NCBI GenBank assembly: GCA_030704615.1
Contig: CM060733.1
Location: forward strand, 49,600,001-49,664,000
Reading direction: 5' to 3'
From: Takakia lepidozioides
Taxonomy: Eukaryota; Plantae; Bryophyta
Length of the DNA stretch: 64,000 bases
Part shown: one piece after another, positions 1 to 12,950 of the stretch
Position numbering within the stretch: position 1 is the stretch's first letter
How the letters are laid out: the number at the start of each line of letters is the position of its first letter
Made by a program: the position numbers and the translations under genes
Notes under the pieces: generated by a model
What the model was told of the DNA's origin: nothing
What the model saw: only the letters and a program-made list of their open reading frames with translations
Database searches by the model: none

Positions 1-4
1 GGCT

Positions 5-1408
5 TTGTGTTTTTTTGCCTTGCAGCATATGTCCATTGAGAAGATGGCGGACATGCCGTCTTGCAATCTAACGGAGACAGTGCACAATGCCTGGTTGCAG
101 CAATCCGGCAAAAAGAGAAGAGATTTGTATGCGACTACGGCCGATGACCTTATCCGTGCTCTGCAGCAGCAAACCAGATACAGGTAATTCTTGAGGGGTG
201 GCCTTGGAGGCAAAGGCCCGGACAGGAGCGAGTTGATGTTGCGGGCAGCCAGAAGATCGGGGGATCCCAGCAAAATAGCGTGGGCAGTGAGCATATGTGC
301 AGATGGCACCCCTCTCGTGGGAAGAGTTCCCCATCTGGAAGGCGAAGAGAGATTCGGGTCTTGCAAACGGAAATTGGATACCCCTCCCGGATCGGATGCA
401 GACTCCCATAGGGTGGACAGGGTCAACTTCTCGAGGCCACGTGTTCCCTTGGATCAGAGATGGAATTGCGGAACATCCACAGGTGAGGGCCATTCTGCCC
501 CAGACCGGACCCCTGCATCAAGCACTGTGACTGCAATGGTTGAAGACCAGAACGTGGTGCGGCATGTAATAGAGTCCATGTGCTTGGACGAGGTTTGGCA
601 TATAGAACGCACAAGTGCTGGATCGCGTGTGAAATGCGCGGCGATCAAGGCCACCAATCATGAAAAATGTACATCATTAATATCCAGAGGGAAAGAACGC
701 ACTACAGCTCCTACATTCACTGGTTTGTTTCTCCCTTACGGCCAAGGAGAGGCAAAGAACCACAAGTTTTGGTTTTGCGCTGACGATTGCCGGAGATGTG
801 TGCGTGGGACAGTGAGGCCCTCCGTGGTGAGGAAGCCTACTCCACCAACCGTGTGGCCTGTGAAGATGGGCACAAGTCTCACTCACCAAGAGATCGCAAT
901 GCTGGAAGAGGCGGGTTTCTCCCTAGCCAGACATTCCATTATACGTGAAGGTGCTTCAAGTATAAGCGGTTCACGGGTACCTCCGCCTGACGCTCACTTG
1001 TGACCAACCAGACGGAATGGGAAGCTGGTTCGACGATTCCCTCCAACCGCAGAACACTATGGCAAAATCGAGTCCGCGAGAATGCTTCACGCTCGTGTTG
1101 CGGGAAGAATGGAAGTGCCTGATCCAGGGTATGGTCGGGTCTTCAACATGATCTCATCCGCATCTGCGCTGTAGGACAAGACGTACGACATCACTGTTTC
1201 CAATTTTCCCAATTGTACTTGTCCTGATTTTGTTGGTATGCTTTCAAGTAGTTTGGGAAAGAGAGGGAAGTTCATACCGTGCAAACACCTTTACTTCGAC
1301 TTCTTGAGAAGGATGGTTTGTGATCCAAAGCGGGACTTCTTCATTCACCAAGCCACTATGAGTTTCAATGAAGTCAACACACTTCTACAACGGGATACAA
1401 GCCCATAG
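5..1408 (+). pseudogene. MULE-type transposase remnant, C-terminal part with SWIM zinc finger (runs in from window edge)
   Basis: One reading frame broken by stops at 185-187, 1001-1003 and 1172-1174; contains CNLTETVHNAW (E-helix-like) and SWIM motif CTCPDF...FIPCKHLYF; ends TAG 1406-1408. Confidence 0.8.
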
Positions 1409-1611
1409 AAAGCATTCACTTGACACTCCGAAATCTGTGTTTTCCTTGACTACAACTTGTAATGGAATGACTGTTCAAGTCCAGTGTCTCTCAATGTATG
1501 TCGTCTAACATCTTTGCTATGCGTGGGTCAATGCATTTGTCGCATTGGTCTGTCATTCTGTTTTCATTAGCAAACACAAGAAACTACCTTCAGATAGACA
1601 GATGATCAAAT

Positions 1612-1830
1612 CAACCTCGTGCGTTAACACGAGGATTACTTGGAGTTTTCCAAATCCCCCTTGTGCCGACACAAGGTTGATTTTAGTTCTAAGAAAAGAA
1701 GTATGAAGTTCTCTGAATCAACCTCGTGTTGACACGATGTTGATTTTAGTTCCAGGAAAACAACCTCGTGTTAACACAACGTTCATTTCAGTTCTAGGAA
1801 ATGAAGCTCATGTTAACAGAAGGTTGAACT
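1612..1830. repeat. Array of about 5 degenerate palindromes (consensus AACCTCGTG-TTAA-CACGAGGTT) in the transposon 3' arm
   Basis: Copies near 1614, 1660, 1720, 1762 and 1805, with related TTTTAGTTC(T/C)A(A/G)GAAAA spacers. Confidence 0.7.
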
Positions 1831-1924
1831 CCAGGAAAGCCCGAAACCCTTCATCCGTTTCACCTTCATGTGGTGAAATCAGCAGTTGGGGGCCCCACGG
1901 TTATAGGCCCACCTTCTTTGTGGT

Positions 1925-2060
1925 GATGTGGCATGACCTGGACCAGGCTCACGCCACGTCAACATCAGCGCCACATCAGCTGCGTGAGCGTAGGCTCACG
2001 CCACGTCATCGTTGTGTGAGCGTACGCTCACACTGTTGGGGAGGGCAGTGGGGTTAGCCT
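1925..2060. repeat. Subterminal GCTCACGCCACGTCA motif cluster (transposon end)
   Basis: The same motif clusters again at about 3160-3280, and in reverse orientation (TGA(T/C)GTGGCG) at about 3980-4095. Confidence 0.6.
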
Positions 2061-2061
2061 C

Positions 2062-3310
2062 GTGAAGCGGATGCAGAAGACTGGGGACTTGCAGAATTGT
2101 TTTCTTATGTTTGATCATGTGAAACGAGTAAAAGATTGGACGAGTCATGTCTACGATCCAGTGTACCAACGAGTTATGACATTGCAGTTTGTGACATGCA
2201 ATCCGAGGATACTGAATCCCAGAAGCTCATGTGGAATTCCCTGATACGTGTTATGGTCTGCCATGGGGTGCCATCTCCAAATTTCGCAGGTTTCATGGCG
2301 GATAGTGCTCAGGCGAATTTCAATGCTGTTCGAATTGTCTTCGGATCGGGTGACCCAATAGTGCCAATGTCGGGAAGAGAGCGTACATGTCTATTCCATT
2401 TCTTTGACATCTGCTGTTCATGACAGGGCCTACGACATCACGGTTTCCAATTTCCCCAATTGCACATGTCCTGATTTTGTGAATATGCTATCAACCAGTT
2501 CGGGCAAGAGAGGTAAATTCATACCCTGCAAACATTTGTATTTCATATTTTTGAAGAGGATGGTTTGCGATCCCAAACGTGACAACTTCGTTCACCAGGC
2601 CACTCTGAGTTTCAACGAGGTCGATACTCTATTGCAGCGGGATACAACACATGGGTAGAATCAACTATGCAATGTGGTATGTGGACGACCATGCTTTGAA
2701 ATGTGAAATTCAAATCAATTCGTTTGCAACATCGTCGGCGGTGCAATGATATGGCGTCCCTTATCCCTCCATTATAACTATACTGAGTGAGCTCTGAGTG
2801 GCAACTTTTAAAAGCACATGCATCATTGCACTGTTCGAAGTCTACATGTCTTCCTGTCGCTATGCACTGCAATCATCTTTTGAAGATGATCCTAACTCTC
2901 ATTGTTATTTGGAGAGGGAGTAAAGCCTTCCCGTGGCAGCCTCTATGGCGCACACTTTGTGAGGATATTTTCTCGTCCTCGTAATTGTAAAAGTGAAACA
3001 AACATTTGTAATTGCACAATGGGATGCTACAATTGTAGGCCTCATGGTAGTCTTGATTGTATTCAGCCAAGGATTCCCTGCATTAATCCCACGGTCATAG
3101 GACCATCCTCCGTTATAGGCGACGCATATTATAGGCGGCGCAGTGCCATGTCATCATTTGCCGCCACATCAGCCTGCTGACATGACGCTCACGCCACGTC
3201 AGTGTGGGTGCAGGCTCACGCCACGTCACTCCTGCGTGAGCATACGCTCGCGCGCTCACGCGCCAGGCTCACGCCATTGCGTCGTTGCCGTAGGTGTAGC
3301 CATCGTAGAT
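2062..3310 (+). mobile_element. Second, internally deleted copy of the same MULE family
   Basis: DDE-region peptide FDHVKRV..IAVCDMQSED..FMADSAQANFNAVR..CLFH joined directly (about 2403) to SWIM segment YDITVSNFPNCTCPDF..PCKHLYF, near-identical to 1180-1400; subterminal motif cluster 3160-3280; boundaries approximate. Confidence 0.7.
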
Positions 3311-5119
3311 CCGAAGTTCTAAAATACAGAGGACGTGGGAATACATTGTACTGACTCTGAGTCAGACTGAACTACACATTTTTAATGTTATGTTCTCATC
3401 CTCTTCATAAAAGATTGAATTCCCCTACTTTATTGCAGATGTTTTGGCAGAAAGAAAAAAGAACAAAGAATCCACTCATAATGAAATGACAATCTTCATG
3501 AATCCATCCCACAAATACCACAACCTCATGTCAAATCCATTGTGCATACATCTACACTGTATTCATGCATCCTCATTCATAAATGTTTTCCATCATTCAA
3601 CATCTATCGTACATTCATCCACTGCACTCTCGAATCTATCTTACAAACCCCACACACTCATGTCATATACGTTGTGCATTCATGTACTGTGTATGAATGC
3701 ATCCTCCATTCATGAATGTTTTCCATTATTCAACATCCATTGTACATTCATCAATTGTACATTCATCCATTGTACTCTCATCCATCTCTATTTTCATCCA
3801 TCTTCTTGCATTGTTCGCACTCATCCATCAATGTTTCATCCACTTTACATTCATCCATCCCGCATTCATCTGTTTGCTTTCAGGTGGGAATGACCACATC
3901 ATTTTATTATGTCGTCCAACTTGTTTCCGTGGTTAAAGACATTCTTCCGCGGAAATACACTTCGCTTCTTCCTTGGCGCGCGGTGATGTGGCGTTTAAGC
4001 GTGATGATGTGGAGTGAGATTGGTGATGTGGCGTGGGCGCAAGGTGACATGGCGTGCACGCAGCTATGCTCACGCGACCGCGCTCACGCCGAGGCATCCC
4101 TGAACAGGTCATACACATTTTCGGGAGCATCGTCGGATTGTTGTTTACAAGAAACACAATTGGGCTGGATTCTTCCAATTAGATCCAGGCAGTATGATTT
4201 TGGTTGGTAAATGAAACATTGTTGCTACAAGTTCATGTTTTTCCACCTCGTCACCGTCTTGGGCAATATGGTCGTCCGGGCCTTGTTCTCCGCGGTACCC
4301 CCAAGACCAAATAGAAATAGGTTGAGCCATTTTTATCTGGTAAGTATGTGGTAAGTATGTGGTGAGTATCTGGTAAGTATGTGGTGAGTGTTGTACGTTC
4401 TGTTATGTTGCAGGCCACAGATTGGTATCCTACATTCAAGGATATGCTGGACAGTAATGACCTTGATAAAGTGCTTCTTGGGATCACAGCTATTACCAGA
4501 GGTAGATATCCATTGCTGTTTTTTCTTATGAGGTCCTACCACATGTTCATCACCAAGACTCCACCTTTCCAGCAGACTGTTTCATGGATGATGTCTTGCA
4601 AGTACACCAAATGGAATAACTGACCTATAAGCAGCACTCAACGCCATGTTTTGGCAAACACTGCATGTTCAAACGTAAAGCAGCTAGAAAAGTATCAAGG
4701 TGCTTATTCACCTAAGACTACATTGAGTTGGGACACAAAGCAGCTATAATTAGTTTGAGCTCGTGATATGTTGTTATGACAGTGATGGTTCTTTGTATAT
4801 GTAGGTGTGCAGGTTCACATGCAATTTTACACAGAAGAAAAGGAGAGCAAGCAAATGGAGTGTTGGCCATTCATGTTTCTCGGTCTTATGTTCGAAGGCA
4901 AACCCATGGAGCTTTTGTCTGACATGTTGAATGTTAGTACTGTATGTTCCATGTATCATTGACTTTAAGGGTTCCGTTATGTTTCCATCCTAGGTTGTCT
5001 CCCTCCGTGTTCCAACTTCAATTTGAATGTGTTTCTGAGCAGTTCAGTTGCCGGTTGCCGGTTGAGATGTTCTCTCAGTCTTGCAAATTGAGTTTGGATG
5101 TTCTGGTCTGCTTGCTCAT

Positions 5120-6615
5120 ATGCAGAGGAGAAGTAGAGAGGGGAAGTCCAAAAAGCTTCTTTTTGACCCCAGTCAATGGTGGGACAATAGAGGCAAAAAG
5201 GTGAATGCCTGTTGGATTACAGAGAGTAGGAGATGCCATTGAGCATAGGGTGATAACTGGAGTTGGGTGTTTGCTAGAACAAATATAGGCTGTCATTGTC
5301 AGCTGCTAGCAGTAAGGCAAGGATGTATAAATAATCTGTGCAGAGGCATGGATAGCTGAAGGAGCAGGGATAGAGTGTGGGTCCAGCATCAAAGAGGGCC
5401 GGATTTCAAGCACAAGATTATCTATGATTCCCTGTGGAAGCAGCACGGGTAGATGGTCAACTAGAAGCAGCAGCAGCAGCGGCACAATTGATAATCTCAG
5501 GCACTGCTAATCAAGGCACCTTCTTCAACACATTTCACCCTGTTTTTCCCTCTTATCAGAATCGGCCCTAGATGTTGAATTCTTCACGTTAGCTGGTTGA
5601 GTGAACCTTTGATAGTTTGGAGTGACTTTGACATGATACTGCCAATGTAACAACAGGAAAGTATCCACAAACAGGTAACAAAGAGAGGAGGAGAAACTGT
5701 GGAATGAATACTTTCTGCCCCAGTCAATGGTGGGACAATCGAGGCAAAAAGGTGAATGCCTGTTGGATTACAGAGAGTAGCATATGCTATTAAGCATAGG
5801 AACTAGTGTGATAAGTAGGGTTGGGGTGTTTGCTGGAACAATTCTAGGCTGTCATTGTCAGCTGCTAGCAGCAATGCAAGGATGTATTCATGATTTGTGC
5901 AGAGGTATGGATAGTTGAAGGAGCAGGGATAGAGTGTGGGTCCAGATTCATCCAAGAGGGCTGGATTTCAAGCTCCAGATTACCTATGATTTCATGTGGA
6001 AGGGTAGCTACAAGAAACCTGCATGGGTAGATGGTCAACTGGAAGCCGCAGCAACAGCGGCACAATTGATAAATTTAGGCACTGGTAATCAAGGCACCTT
6101 CTTCAACACAATTCACCCTGTTTTTCCCTCTTATCAGAATCGGCCCTAAATTTTCATGTTGCATTCTGCAAGTTAGCTAATTGAGTGAATTTAGTTTGGA
6201 GTGACTTTGACATGAAACTGCCAATGTGACAATATGAAAGTATCCAGAAACAGGTAACAGAGACGAGGAGACGCTGTGGAATGAATACTTTCTGACCCCA
6301 GTCAATGGTGGGACTATCGATGCAAAAAGGTGAATGCCTGCTGGATTACAGAGAGTAGCGTATGCCATTGAGCATAGGAACTAGTGTGATAAGTTGAGTT
6401 GGGTGTTTCCTAGAAAAAATCTAGGCTGTCATTGTCAGCTGCTAGCAGCAAGGCAAGGATGTATGCATGATTTTGTGTAGAAGCATGGATAGCTGAAGGA
6501 GCAGGGATAGAGCGTAGGTCCAGATTCATCCAAGAGGGCCGGATTTCAAGCTCCAGATTACCTATGATTGCCTGTGGAAGGATAGCTACAAGAAACCTGC
6601 ATGGGTAGATGGTCA
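5120..6615 (+). pseudogene. Tandem array (about 3 units of 550-580 bp) of decayed two-exon OSB-type PDF-motif modules
   Basis: Each unit encodes (LWNEYF)-DPSQWWD(N/Y)R.KK|GT..AG|IHPRG(P/L)DFK..I.YD..W...KPAWVDGQLEAAA; WWD at about 5177, 5727 and 6306; frameshifts present. Confidence 0.7.
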
Positions 6616-7159
6616 ATTTATTGTTGCGGTAGTGCTTAGCAACATCGTGCTTGAAGAATGAAGTATATTTGGGAATATATATAGGCAGACTAGTTCAAAC
6701 ACCATGTCACTGTGTGATGTATTAACATCCAATATCGTTCGAAGGTGCAATGTCCTCTGAGGTTGTGTTATGGTGTTTCTATGGATGACATGTTTGATTG
6801 TAGTTGTGTCTTTCATATTGTATCATATTGTTGCTTCTGCCAGTCTATGCAATAGGGTTGGTGTAGTAGAATCTTTTTTTGCCACTCTTTGCAATTGCCA
6901 GCAGGGTTGGGGATCGATTCTTTGGTCATTAGAAGATTAATGCATGCTCTCTTTCCCTGCAGAGGGTTGTGTCTTGGTATAGATGGTCTTTCCTCTTTGC
7001 CAATTGTTGTCCTTATGAGAGCTCCACCGCATGGTTTATTAAATTTCATATTAATTTAATATAGTTTAATATCTAAATTAGTCATCTAAAATTAAATAAT
7101 ATTTAATAAATTGTAAAATCTACATGATCAACACGTGTCAGTCACACCTGCTCCAACAA

Positions 7160-7581
7160 GACCACGTGACATTAGTAGTGTTGTATGTTGTAGTGATATA
7201 GTCATACCCATAGTCGTGTAGTCATGAAGATATGACTACTCCATTGCACCATCAGACGATGATTACACATGTCAAATCCCCAGGATCCCACATGTCACGC
7301 AAAGGCCTCTCCATATAGGCGCAATGTTGTAGTGATATAGTTGTAACCTCAGTCATAACTTTCAGTCGTGTAGTCATATTTGTTATGACTACATCACCAA
7401 ACCCTGCATCACTATCCCATGCCACGTCCTCAGTGACGACCATGACTTCGCACTTATCACTCCGTAGTCATGGTAGAACTGACTTTGTGTTTATCACTGC
7501 AGAGTGAGGTAGTCATAGAAGCATTTATCACTGCAAATGCAGTGATATCCATAGTCATAAAAACGTTAATATGTACTAGTG
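7160..7581. mobile_element. Probable CACTA (En/Spm) element end fragment
   Basis: Ends in ATGTACTAGTG (reverse complement CACTAGTACAT), preceded by repeated GTAGTCAT/ATGACTAC/ATCACTGC subterminal motifs; matching other end not found. Confidence 0.45.
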
Positions 7582-7774
7582 AAATGATTTCATGAGTAGG
7601 GGCTTACTTGTTTTTGTTGTGGCACTGGTAGAAGAAAGACCGAGCAAGCAGTCCAAGCTTGATTGAGCTGGCACATGCCGCAAAGGTGGACAAAGGATAT
7701 GGCTCCCAGTCATGTCATGACGTAGAGGTAAATGTCGTGCGGCCCTTACTTTGTCACTACCTAGATTTCTTGCA

Positions 7775-10020
7775 TCAGCAGACAGACCATACAAACTCAT
7801 TATCTCCATGTTGTTTGGGTCTGTAGGGAGGAGGGAGTGCGATGCAGGCTCGACTGTCCCATCTTGAGGGTAGTGTGGTTGCCTTGTCAGAAACCCAGAT
7901 CCTCACGATTGAGGGCGCATTGGCCACTATAAAAGCTGAAGCACTATCGGAGGCAGATGATTCCCTCTGAGGCTCAGTATCTTCACTCATCGAATGTACA
8001 TCAGAAGCAGAGTCTTCGGAATGCAAATTCTTCTTATACCATGCTGCAACATCATCCGCTGCCCTCTCACGTAGTAGTCGGCAATTGGTATACATATAAA
8101 TCAATTTGTCAGCCCTCGCGGGATTCAACCTGTTGCGAATCTGGTTGTGAATAAATGAATAACTGCTCCAATTGCGTTCGCAAAATGAGACAGAGCACAC
8201 TTGAGGAGAGTACGCTTCGCAATGGGAGCCATTGTTCTTGCTCCAGCTCCAATCAGATCCCACCATTCATGTGGCAACATATTAAGCTCTTTTGGATCCG
8301 ACGTGACTTCAAAAGGGTTGCGGCGATCTGAGAAGCATTTGTACTCGGATATAGCTCTTTCTGCCATGTTCGGTGGAGCTAGTCGCATGAGCACTCGCAC
8401 TCGGCCGGCCTTGGCATCAGCGTCGTCTCGGAGCATGGTATTGTCGAGCAAGAATGGATTGAGCAAAGCCCCCGCATAATGCAAGTCCGTTCGAACCATC
8501 GAACGATAGTCGTAAAATGCATCCTTAGCACTGTCCACAAGTTCAGGTTCCAAGGAGAAAAGATGATGCCTCAAGGATTGGATGTGCTTCTCAAGATTTT
8601 GCATTAGTAACCATGCCTTGCCCATAACTGGTTGCTTTCCATCAAACTCCCCCAAAACGATTAACACCGGCTCTAACATATAAACAAAATTTTCACATTT
8701 CTTCTAGAAATTATTGCTGCGAATGCTATTTCGAACTTTTCGACTTTTGCCCAATGATTTGGTTTTTCTGGAGTCCCGCAATGTCCATGTGTACGCATCC
8801 CATTGAGGATCGATGATGGTGTGCTCTAGACTGCTCTTCACCGTCACCAACCAATCCACCATCAAGAAGTTAGTGGCAAAACGAGTTTCGCCTGGATTGC
8901 GGAGACTGTATTTGGGTTCGTGCCTCCTATATATTGCCAAAAAGATGTGGTGTGTGCAGATGAACGATACAACAGTCTTCGCTCGCTTGACAAGTTGTTT
9001 CATCCACTGTTCTTTTCTCCGATCTTCCAAAAAGAGGTCAAGGATATGAGCAGAACAACCTTGATAGTACATATGGGGATACATGCCAACAACATGTCTG
9101 TAGTGTTTCTCATGTTAGCGACATTGTCTGTGCATATTTGCACCATTCTATCGCTTCTAACCTGTTCGATGAAGTCCGTCAATAGTTGACATTGATAACG
9201 TCCATCTTTCTTCTCGCCACTAGTGTCGACCGATTCCAAGAATTGTTCCCCAGCTGGACATACGAGCATGACATTGAACAACGGTCTGTTTGTAATAGAA
9301 CTCCAACCATCGGCACATATAGTGCTTACATATTTTCTGATGCACTCGCCCGTCCTATCGTTGACATTTTGGGTAAGCTCGGTCATGACGTCTTCTAGCA
9401 ATCATGTGCGGAGATTGTGATAAGTCGAAGGCACATATATGGATCTGGACTCCGAGGAAGCTTTAACGGCAGAAACAAATGCCGGAAGCTTTGCCACATT
9501 AAATGATATGTTGGCCTCGAAGAAAAACTACTCCCATTTTTATCCAACCGTCTTTTTGCAGACAAGCTAAGACTATCCTACATGGATTGTTGCCGTAATT
9601 CTCTACTCCGTTGAAGTGTAGGGGTACAAAGAAGTGTTGAAGCAGGTGTTGCTCCGGCACAACCCACTCGTCCAAGGACACCTGAAGCCTCACAAGAGTC
9701 GCCTTGGGTACTAATCGAGGCATCCTGACGGGAAGATGAAGTGTTTTGCTCAGAGGTCATGTCCAGATCCAGAGACATTGGAATATTACCTCCACACTGA
9801 GCAAAATGGCTTTTTACCCGCATAGATGCTTTAGGGCATAAACCCACCCCATCGCGCTTCATACCGAGGTGAGCGAGCAACCGATCCTTACGATAAGAAA
9901 ACTTTAATCCACATAAATTGCACTAAACACTACCAGTGACACTAACAGTGTTCGGGATTGACGTATACCAAGGGCTCCATTCCTCCATCATCTTCACCCA
10001 ATATCTACTCCCTTGGGCTC
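7775..10020 (-). pseudogene. hAT transposase pseudogene (BED finger, DUF659-like catalytic region, hAT dimerisation domain)
   Basis: CNLCG...RLLAHL (BED); ADGWSSITNRPLFNVM; CSAHILDL; ETRFAT; HEWWDLIG..CERNWSSYSFIH..RNRLNPARADKLIY; split over several frames by frameshifts and stops. Confidence 0.9.
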
Positions 10021-10419
10021 TAGCGATGTAAGCAACAAAAAACAATCACCTATAAATGAACGTGTTGTGAATGTAGAATGCAATGCGATAGCCCAACACT
10101 TCTATACCTGTCAGCAACCAAAGGGTCGATGTGGGTGTGTGTTGAGCTTATACACAATTGCTGAAGTGGTTTGGGTGGAAGCCACAACGGCAAAAGGTGC
10201 GCACCTTCCTCTTGGGCTACACTCTCGTTCAATAGAAGAGAACATCCAAAGCAACCTCAAGTATTTGCGCCAAAAGAAGTGAGGAGCTTGGTGACACTCC
10301 TCCCTTATATATGATCCAAGAAAGATGAAAGTGAAATGAAAGTGAAATGAATAAATGACGAACCAATACCGCCCACCCGAAAAAGGCGGTACAACCATAT
10401 TTGTTATAATTTTGAAATT

Positions 10420-11410
10420 AAGCAACCGCTAATACTACGGTCGCTATTTTTATTTTTTATGAAAAACAAGCGACCGCCACTACTGCAATCGCTTTTATTT
10501 TATTTTATTTTGTGCAATATTGCGGTCACTTCTATTTTGTATATTTTTAGATTCAAGCGACCGCCCGTATGGCGGTCGCTATTATTTTTTATTTCAAAAT
10601 ATGTTGCGACTGCCGGTATGGCGGTTGCTTCATTTGTTAATATATTTAAAATAAAGAGACCGCCAATATGGTGGTCGCTTTTATTTTTAATATTTTTTAA
10701 AAAATGCGACCGCCAATAAGGCGGTCGCTTTTAATTTTTATATTTTCAAGTTTAAGTGACCACCAGGCTGGCGGCCGCTTTTATTTTATATATTATTAAA
10801 TTAACGCGACCGCCGGTTTGGCAATTGCAAATATTGTATTGTTTTAAAACAAGCGACCACCGGTGTGGAGGACGCTTTTATTTTCATATGTCGCTTGTTT
10901 TTTTATATAATTTTAAATTTACCGACCGTCATATGGCGGTCGTTTATTTTTCTATATTTTTAAAAATTAAGCGACCCCCCAATGGCGGTCGCTTCTTTTA
11001 TTTTTATATTTTTGAAATTATCCGATCGCCATATGGTGGTCGCTTGTTCTGTACATATATATAAAATTGTGCGACCGCCAATACGGCAGTCGCTTGTTTT
11101 ATGTTTTAAATTAGGCGATCGCCAATGCGACCGCCAATCTTGTTTAAAAAAATAAAAAAATTGAAGCGACCGCCAAGATAGCGGTAGCTAATTATTTTTT
11201 TAATTCAAAAAATAAAGCTACCGCCAGTGCGATCGCCAATCTTGCTTTAAATTTTTTTTTTTGAAGCGACCGCCAATTATGGCGGTTGCTATTTCTTTTT
11301 TTAATTTTGAAAAACAAAGCGACCGCCATAATTGGCAGTAACGTTCATTTTGTTAATTTTCAAAATGTATTTGTCACCGCCACCGCCACCGCCACCGTGT
11401 CGGCGACGTG
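10420..11410. repeat. hAT subterminal array of GCGACCGCC / GGCGGTCGC motifs in AT-rich spacers, ending in a probable terminal sequence
   Basis: Dozens of copies in both orientations, often as palindromic pairs; ends CCGCCACCGTGTCGGCGACGTG at about 11410, upstream of the hAT transposase. Confidence 0.75.
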
Positions 11411-12950
11411 GCTGCTTCAGTGGCAGTATTTTATCTGATATTGATCAAAATATTCCCCGAACCTGACGTGACGGAGGTCCCGTCAGCGTCAGGTTTGATG
11501 TTACCCGACGCTGACAGACAGACGTGACGCTGATAACCGGGCCGACACTGGACCAAAACTTCAGAGGTCCGACAACATTGCTAAATGTGTGTTGCCAATA
11601 TTAATTTTGTGTGCCAAAGAGTTACCGACTGCTAGGTGTTAATAATTAATTACAAGAAGAATAATATGATATTTTAATAAACTGAAATTTAAAGTGTATG
11701 TGCAGGCTGCTTGCTGTATTTGCGGAGGTCATATGCTACGAGCTTAGGAGTAGATGATGGGCTGAGCAAGGTGGTGCAGGCTGCTGATATGTGGCAAGCT
11801 CGAGGTTCTTTGTGAGCAATGTACTTAGCTGCGTAGATTCATTCCAGCTCTTGGCGATTATGCAATAGCGGCTGGTTTTATGATAGTGATTTAATTCAAT
11901 GTAGCTTCTGCAACTTTCTAGTTTAGCATGGAGATAAGAATGGGTTGGCAAGGTGGGAAGCTAGGGCGGCAAGGGTGTAGATGTGCGCTGGGCTATAAGG
12001 CGGGTGGCTGGCTCATTTTGTCCTCTCTTTTTCTGCATAGAGTGGAGGATGTAGTGTGGAGTGAGAAGGCGATTCAATGAGATTTCAATTAAATGATCAA
12101 ACTTGTCAATATTGACGCATTGACTTGAACTATAACATCAATCATGTTATAAACATAAAGGTATCTCAATTGTATCATGGACCCCAATTAAATTGACTAC
12201 AGTTAAGATGTCATTCAATTTCTATAATGATAATCTATAGATGCGTAGTTGAATATAATTTATAGATGTATGTTGGATGTAATTCATTACAATCGCGTGT
12301 TGACCTATGACCTCCTATATAAAGCTATATGAGGACTTTTGCATGGGGCAGAATGGGACCACCGCATTGCATTGATTGTGACAACTAGAAGATGTTCACT
12401 TTTGAAAAGTTAGCTTTAATTTAGATGAAACAATAATTTATGCTTGTTTTATCAATTTTTTGTTTTCAGTCATGGCTCGCCTATTATACTAATTATGACA
12501 CCAAAATTTCAGAGGATTGCTTTCACGCGTCATGTATTTAGGCATGGTTGATTCAAATAGTATTTATCTATTTCTAATTAAGCATATTTACACTTATTTG
12601 TATTTTTGGGTGTTAAATTAAACTTCATTTGGTCCCATGTGTCATCTCAGCGTTGTCTTACTTGCGGCATGGGCAACCTTAAATGTCCATGCACTGGGTG
12701 GATGAGACTCATCTTCTTCTAGTTGAGCTTCTACACTCCATAGCACAAGTTCTTAAAAGAGAACTGTGTGGTGAGGATTAATAACTGATTGATTCCTTTA
12801 ACATGGTGCCATTGGCTTAACTTAGTTTATGTGATAGAGTAGTTGATTTGCACTTGTAAGGGCTGAGTACCCGACCTGAGAGAAGCAAGCTTGAGTACAT
12901 ATGAGAGCTTGAGAGCATATTACAACTCGAGTACTTAGGCGCCCAACAAC

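Noticed and set aside
1612-1830. Palindromic repeats as CRISPR
   Set aside because: Spacers resemble each other, repeats are degenerate, and the array lies inside a transposon
3444-4210. His/Ile/Ser-rich ORFs of 149-164 aa
   Set aside because: By-product of TCCA/TTCA low-complexity sequence
6620-7050. Possible Copia polyprotein fragment on the minus strand
   Set aside because: No motif clear enough to support the call
10420-11400. Repeat-spacer pattern resembling a CRISPR array
   Set aside because: Eukaryotic context, 9-bp motifs in both orientations, AT-rich low-complexity spacers, no cas genes; explained as hAT subterminal repeats
11425-11580. Small element with CTGACG/CGTCAG motifs
   Set aside because: No matching TIR pair or TSD found
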